A stretch of DNA of 50,364 bases from Alphaproteobacteria bacterium. GTDB lineage: Bacteria > Pseudomonadota > Alphaproteobacteria > SHVP01. Below, one piece after another: positions 45,147 through 50,364 of the stretch. The notes under the pieces were generated by a model. The model saw only the letters and a program-made list of their open reading frames with translations. It was not told the origin of the DNA and did not search any database. Within the stretch, counting starts at the first letter, position 1, and each line of letters opens with the position of its first letter. The translations under genes were made by a program, and so were the position numbers. Location of the stretch: the NCBI GenBank assembly GCA_038148335.1, contig JAYQVF010000004.1, positions 1-50,364 of the forward strand, given 5' to 3'.

Positions 45147-45928
45147 GAGAAGGTAAATTTCGGCTTGCGCTTCTCCATGAAGGCGCTGCGGCCTTCGATG
45201 AAGTCCTCGCCGCGAAACGCATCGTCGAACAGCTTGAGCGTCTCCTCGGTATCTTCTGCAATGCCGTCGAGAATCATGCGGACGATCTTCTTGGTGGCCC
45301 GCACCGAGAACTGGCTCGCCTGGGTTAGCGACTCGCAGTAGGCACGGGTCTCGCTCTCGATCTCCGCCGGGTTCCAAAGACGGTCGATCAGGCCGATCCG
45401 AAGCGCCTCGGGGGCGTCGACCAGGCGGCCGGTGTAGATCATGTCCATCGCGCGGGCCGGACCGATCTTGTCGACGACAAGTTTGGTGTCGTGCAGGCTA
45501 TAGACCAACCCAAGCTTTGCCGGCGGTATCCCGAAACGTGACGTTTCGTCGGCGAAGCGCAGGTCGCAAGCGACCGCGATTCCGCAGCCGCCGCCCACGC
45601 AGGAGCCCTGGATCATGGCGATGGTCGGTTTGCCGAACCGCGACAGGGCACGTTCGGCGCGCTGGACGATGCGGTTGTAGGCCTGCGAGGTATCCGGAGA
45701 AGCATGAACCTTCTCGAACTCGCTGATGTCGGCACCGGCGGCAAACGCCTTCTCATCCACGCCCCGGACGACCACCACGCAAATGTCGCGATCTTGTTCG
45801 GCCTGTTCCAGAAGGCCGGGAATGGCATCCCACATGGCCTGGGACAGGGCGTTCCGGCGGTCGGGCTGATTGAGTACGAGCCAGCCGATCGCGCCATCCT
45901 TCTCCAGGTAGATTGCCTTCTTGGTCAT
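45143..45928 (-). CDS. enoyl-CoA hydratase/isomerase (crotonase) family protein
   Basis: P.RRNAL, FAAGADI, KP.IA.I.G.CVGGG, EG..AF.EKRKP.F. Confidence 0.92.
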   Translation of the reverse strand: MTKKAIYLEKDGAIGWLVLNQPDRRNALSQAMWDAIPGLLEQAEQDRDICVVVVRGVDEKAFAAGADISEFEKVHASPDTSQAYNRIVQRAERALSRFGKPTIAMIQGSCVGGGCGIAVACDLRFADETSRFGIPPAKLGLVYSLHDTKLVVDKIGPARAMDMIYTGRLVDAPEALRIGLIDRLWNPAEIESETRAYCESLTQASQFSVRATKKIVRMILDGIAEDTEETLKLFDDAFRGEDFIEGRSAFMEKRKPKFTFS

Positions 45929-46026
45929 TTTTGCCTCCTGCGTTGGGCGGGCATTACCGCCGCACCGTGCCGCCTTGTCAACGCGCCCCGGCTTCGGTCT
46001 ACTTCAGGCGAAAGGGAGGTGCCAAC

Positions 46027-46608
46027 ATGAACGAACGTGTGAGTTTTACCCGCCTGGATCAGGCGACCCCGGCGGATTTCCAGATCATGCACCGCTACAT
46101 GAGCGAGGAGCATGAGAAGCTCGGCGATCGCGTTCTCGCCCTGTTGCGCGGTCTCGGCGGCCAGTGCCCCGGCCTTCAGGTCGACCGGCTCGAACATTCG
46201 TTGCAGACGGCGACCCGCGCCATGCGCGACGGCGCCGATGAGGAAATGATCGTGTGCGCCTTGCTACACGACATCGGCGACGAGTATGCGCCGGACAATC
46301 ATGGCGCCTTTGTCAGCGAGATCATGCGCCCGTTTGTGTCGGAGAATAATTACAACATCCTCCGCTACCATCCGGAGTTTCAGGGATACTTCTTCTTCGA
46401 CAAGATCGGCGCCGATCCCAACATGCGCGAACGCCATCGCGGCAAGCCGTGGTTCGATGCCGCCCATGAGTTCTGCGAGAAGTGGGACATGCCCGCCTTC
46501 GATCCCAACTACGATACCGAGCCGCTTGAAACTTTCGAGCCGATGGTCCGGCGCATCTTCGCGCGCAAGCCGACCCATAATGGGGTTGCCCTGCCGACAA
46601 CGTCCTGA
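46027..46608 (+). CDS. HD-domain metalloprotein (PhnZ-like subgroup possible)
   Basis: LEH.LQ.AT.A..DG.DEE....LLHDIGD, NHG, H..FQ, WD..AFD; GGAGG SD. Confidence 0.85.
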   Translation: MNERVSFTRLDQATPADFQIMHRYMSEEHEKLGDRVLALLRGLGGQCPGLQVDRLEHSLQTATRAMRDGADEEMIVCALLHDIGDEYAPDNHGAFVSEIMRPFVSENNYNILRYHPEFQGYFFFDKIGADPNMRERHRGKPWFDAAHEFCEKWDMPAFDPNYDTEPLETFEPMVRRIFARKPTHNGVALPTTS

Positions 46609-46875
46609 TTTGGGATTCTGTTTTCGATCAAGGACTTATCTTGCCGCGCCGGGTGCCTCCCCGAGGCGCCGCGCGGGGTACTAGGGATAAGCGTACTTGG
46701 ATAGGGGAACAGGTCGCCTCTCTCATTCTCTGGAGCCCCGGCCTGGCAGTAGTTTTGCCCGACCTGCTCCCCGAAACGCCCGCCAGGCCGGCGTGTTGTT
46801 GCTAGTGCCCGCATCGCGGTTGCATCCGTCCTGCGCGGAGGCTATGCCACACCCCTCAACCGGGGGCCTGGCACC

Positions 46876-47304
46876 ATGAGCGACCACGAATCCTACTTCA
46901 TCGAGGACCTGACGACCGGCATGGCCGAAGAGGTCAGCAACGTCGTCACCGAAGCGATGATCGAGCAGTTCGCGGCGGTATCCGGCGACGACAATCCGAT
47001 CCACCTCGATGAGGGCTACGCCCGGGGCTCCATGTTCAAGGGGCGGATCGCGCATGGCATGCTGGGGGCCAGCTTCATTTCTGCCGTGATCGGCACCCGG
47101 TTGCCTGGTCCGGGCGCGATCTACATGAGCCAGCAGTTGCGCTTCAAGGCGCCCGTGCGCATCGGCGATGTCGTGGTCACGCGCGTCCAGGTGGCCGACA
47201 TCAACACCGAAAAGAAGCGCGTCACCCTGCGGACGACCTGCCGCGTCGGCGAGACGACCGTGATCGAGGGCGAAGCGCTGGTCATGGTGCCGGCCCGCGG
47301 CTAG
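46876..47304 (+). CDS. MaoC family (R)-specific enoyl-CoA hydratase (PhaJ-like)
   Basis: FAAVSGD.NPIHLD, RIAHGML, LPGPG.IY..Q.L.F.APV. Confidence 0.9.
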   Translation: MSDHESYFIEDLTTGMAEEVSNVVTEAMIEQFAAVSGDDNPIHLDEGYARGSMFKGRIAHGMLGASFISAVIGTRLPGPGAIYMSQQLRFKAPVRIGDVVVTRVQVADINTEKKRVTLRTTCRVGETTVIEGEALVMVPARG

Positions 47305-47315
47305 CGTCCGGTTCG

Positions 47316-48320
47316 ATGATCGTCGTCCGAGACTTCGGGGATCTCCCTGCCGACCTTCATGGGGGCGTCTTTGCCATCGGCAATTTCGACGGCTTGCATC
47401 TCGGTCACCGCGCGGTCGTCGGGCGTGCGCTTGAGATCGCCCGGGCCAAGGGCGCGGCGGCCGGAGTGGTTACGTTCGAGCCGCATCCCCGCAGCTATTT
47501 CAGTCCCAACGAACCGCCGTTCCGCCTGACGCCGCTGGCGCAAAAGGAAGCAATCCTCGCCGAATGGGGGATCGACTGCCTCGTTGCCATTCCGTTCGAC
47601 GCCACACTCGCGCAAACCTCGGCGCAGGGATTCGTCGATGATGGTTTGGTTGGAGGCCTGCGCGTGGGTCATGTCGTCGTGGGGCACGATTTTGCCTTTG
47701 GCCACAAACGCACTGGCAATATTTCGTTCTTGCGTGCGCGCGGCGACGCGAGCGGATTCGATGTTACGGTGGTCGAGGCGCATCTTGCCGCAAGCGGCGC
47801 GCTCTATTCATCGCGCGCGATCCGCGAACTCCTGCAAAGCGGTCGCCCGCGCGACGCGGCCGAACTGCTCGGGCGCTGGTGGTCGATTGCCGGCACCGTG
47901 CAGCACGGCGACGCGCGTGGCCGCGATCTCGGTTTCCCTACCGCCAATCTCGTCCTTGGCGACTACCTGCAACCCTCACTCGGCATCTATGCCGTCCGCG
48001 CCGGGATCAGGGTTGGCGAGGCCACGGTTTGGCACGATGGCGCCGCCAATCTCGGGCTGCGACCGACCTTTGACGGGCGCACGGTGCTTCTGGAGGTCCA
48101 TCTTCTCGACTTCTCGGGGGACCTCTACGGCGCGCGCATGGAGGTCGCCATGATCGAATACTTGCGGCCCGAGGAGCGTTTTGCCGACCTCGACGCCCTC
48201 GTCGCCCAGATGCGCCTCGACTGCGAGGAGACGCGGCGAATCCTGGGAAGACCCGAATACGTCCAGGAGCGCTTTGCCGCCGGGGGGCCGCTGCCCGCTC
48301 AAGGAGAGCCGCTGCCCTGA
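47316..48320 (+). CDS. ribF: bifunctional riboflavin kinase / FAD synthetase
   Basis: IGNFDGLHLGH, TFEPHP, G.DF.FG, GFPTAN, G.RPT, LEVH. Confidence 0.95.
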   Translation: MIVVRDFGDLPADLHGGVFAIGNFDGLHLGHRAVVGRALEIARAKGAAAGVVTFEPHPRSYFSPNEPPFRLTPLAQKEAILAEWGIDCLVAIPFDATLAQTSAQGFVDDGLVGGLRVGHVVVGHDFAFGHKRTGNISFLRARGDASGFDVTVVEAHLAASGALYSSRAIRELLQSGRPRDAAELLGRWWSIAGTVQHGDARGRDLGFPTANLVLGDYLQPSLGIYAVRAGIRVGEATVWHDGAANLGLRPTFDGRTVLLEVHLLDFSGDLYGARMEVAMIEYLRPEERFADLDALVAQMRLDCEETRRILGRPEYVQERFAAGGPLPAQGEPLP

Positions 48321-48366
48321 GCCAACCAGCCTCGACAGGCTCCGAGGCCCCTGATACAAGACCGGC

Positions 48367-48417
48367 ATGCTTGGAACCGCTCGGCGCATTCTGCGAATTA
48401 TCAACCCGGTCCTCTAG
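48367..48417 (+). CDS. putative Ile-rich leader peptide of ileS (MLGTARRILRIINPVL)
   Basis: 16-aa ORF with 3 Ile codons in 5 positions; stop codon lies in the loop of a hairpin (48405-48428). Confidence 0.55.
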   Translation: MLGTARRILRIINPVL

Positions 48418-48477
48418 ACGAGGCCGGGAGCCGTCCGCCGTTTCTCTTTCTTCCTAACCGGAATCCAAGTTTCTCCG

Positions 48478-50364
<1,887 letters not shown>

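Noticed and set aside
46609-46875. Intergenic region with GC hairpins, considered as a riboswitch, ncRNA or tRNA
   Set aside because: No FMN or cobalamin riboswitch consensus and no cloverleaf that I can recognise; an Infernal scan would be needed to exclude it fully.

Overview
High-GC chromosomal segment, most likely alphaproteobacterial (MaoC-ribF-ileS block at the right end, stand-alone recX). I call 56 protein CDSs plus a putative leader peptide; I see no rRNA, tRNA, CRISPR or mobile element. Family calls come from motif recognition in the translations, not from database searches. Left to right: end of a probable peptide-ABC binding protein, M24 peptidase, aldo/keto reductase, FMN glutamate-synthase-like protein, PhzF, recX, ICL/PEP mutase, DUF427; a three-subunit (split-beta) cobalt-type nitrile hydratase/thiocyanate hydrolase-like locus; a histone-H1-like protein; a four-component Rieske oxygenase resembling methanesulfonate monooxygenase; a ~24 kb catabolic region with no recognisable transcription factor (Dpp-type ABC, GMC oxidoreductase, HapK, 2 SDRs, esterase, PuuE-like deacetylase, GAF, MaoC, acyl-CoA dehydrogenase, 2 CaiB CoA-transferases, MFS, VOC, acetyl-CoA hydrolase, 2 PrpD, PaaK-like ligase, amidase, crotonase); then ribF and a partial ileS. 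The best candidate for an undescribed system is the NHase-like locus. It has two 100-aa beta-N-terminal paralogues that differ most in one short segment, each behind a promoter-like element of identical leaderless geometry, and they flank a TerC-HemJ-like fusion gene. Also notable: about 65% TAG stop usage with CTAG-overlapping convergent genes, a 32-bp palindrome with NrdR-like and DnaA boxes, and an Ile-rich leader peptide before ileS.
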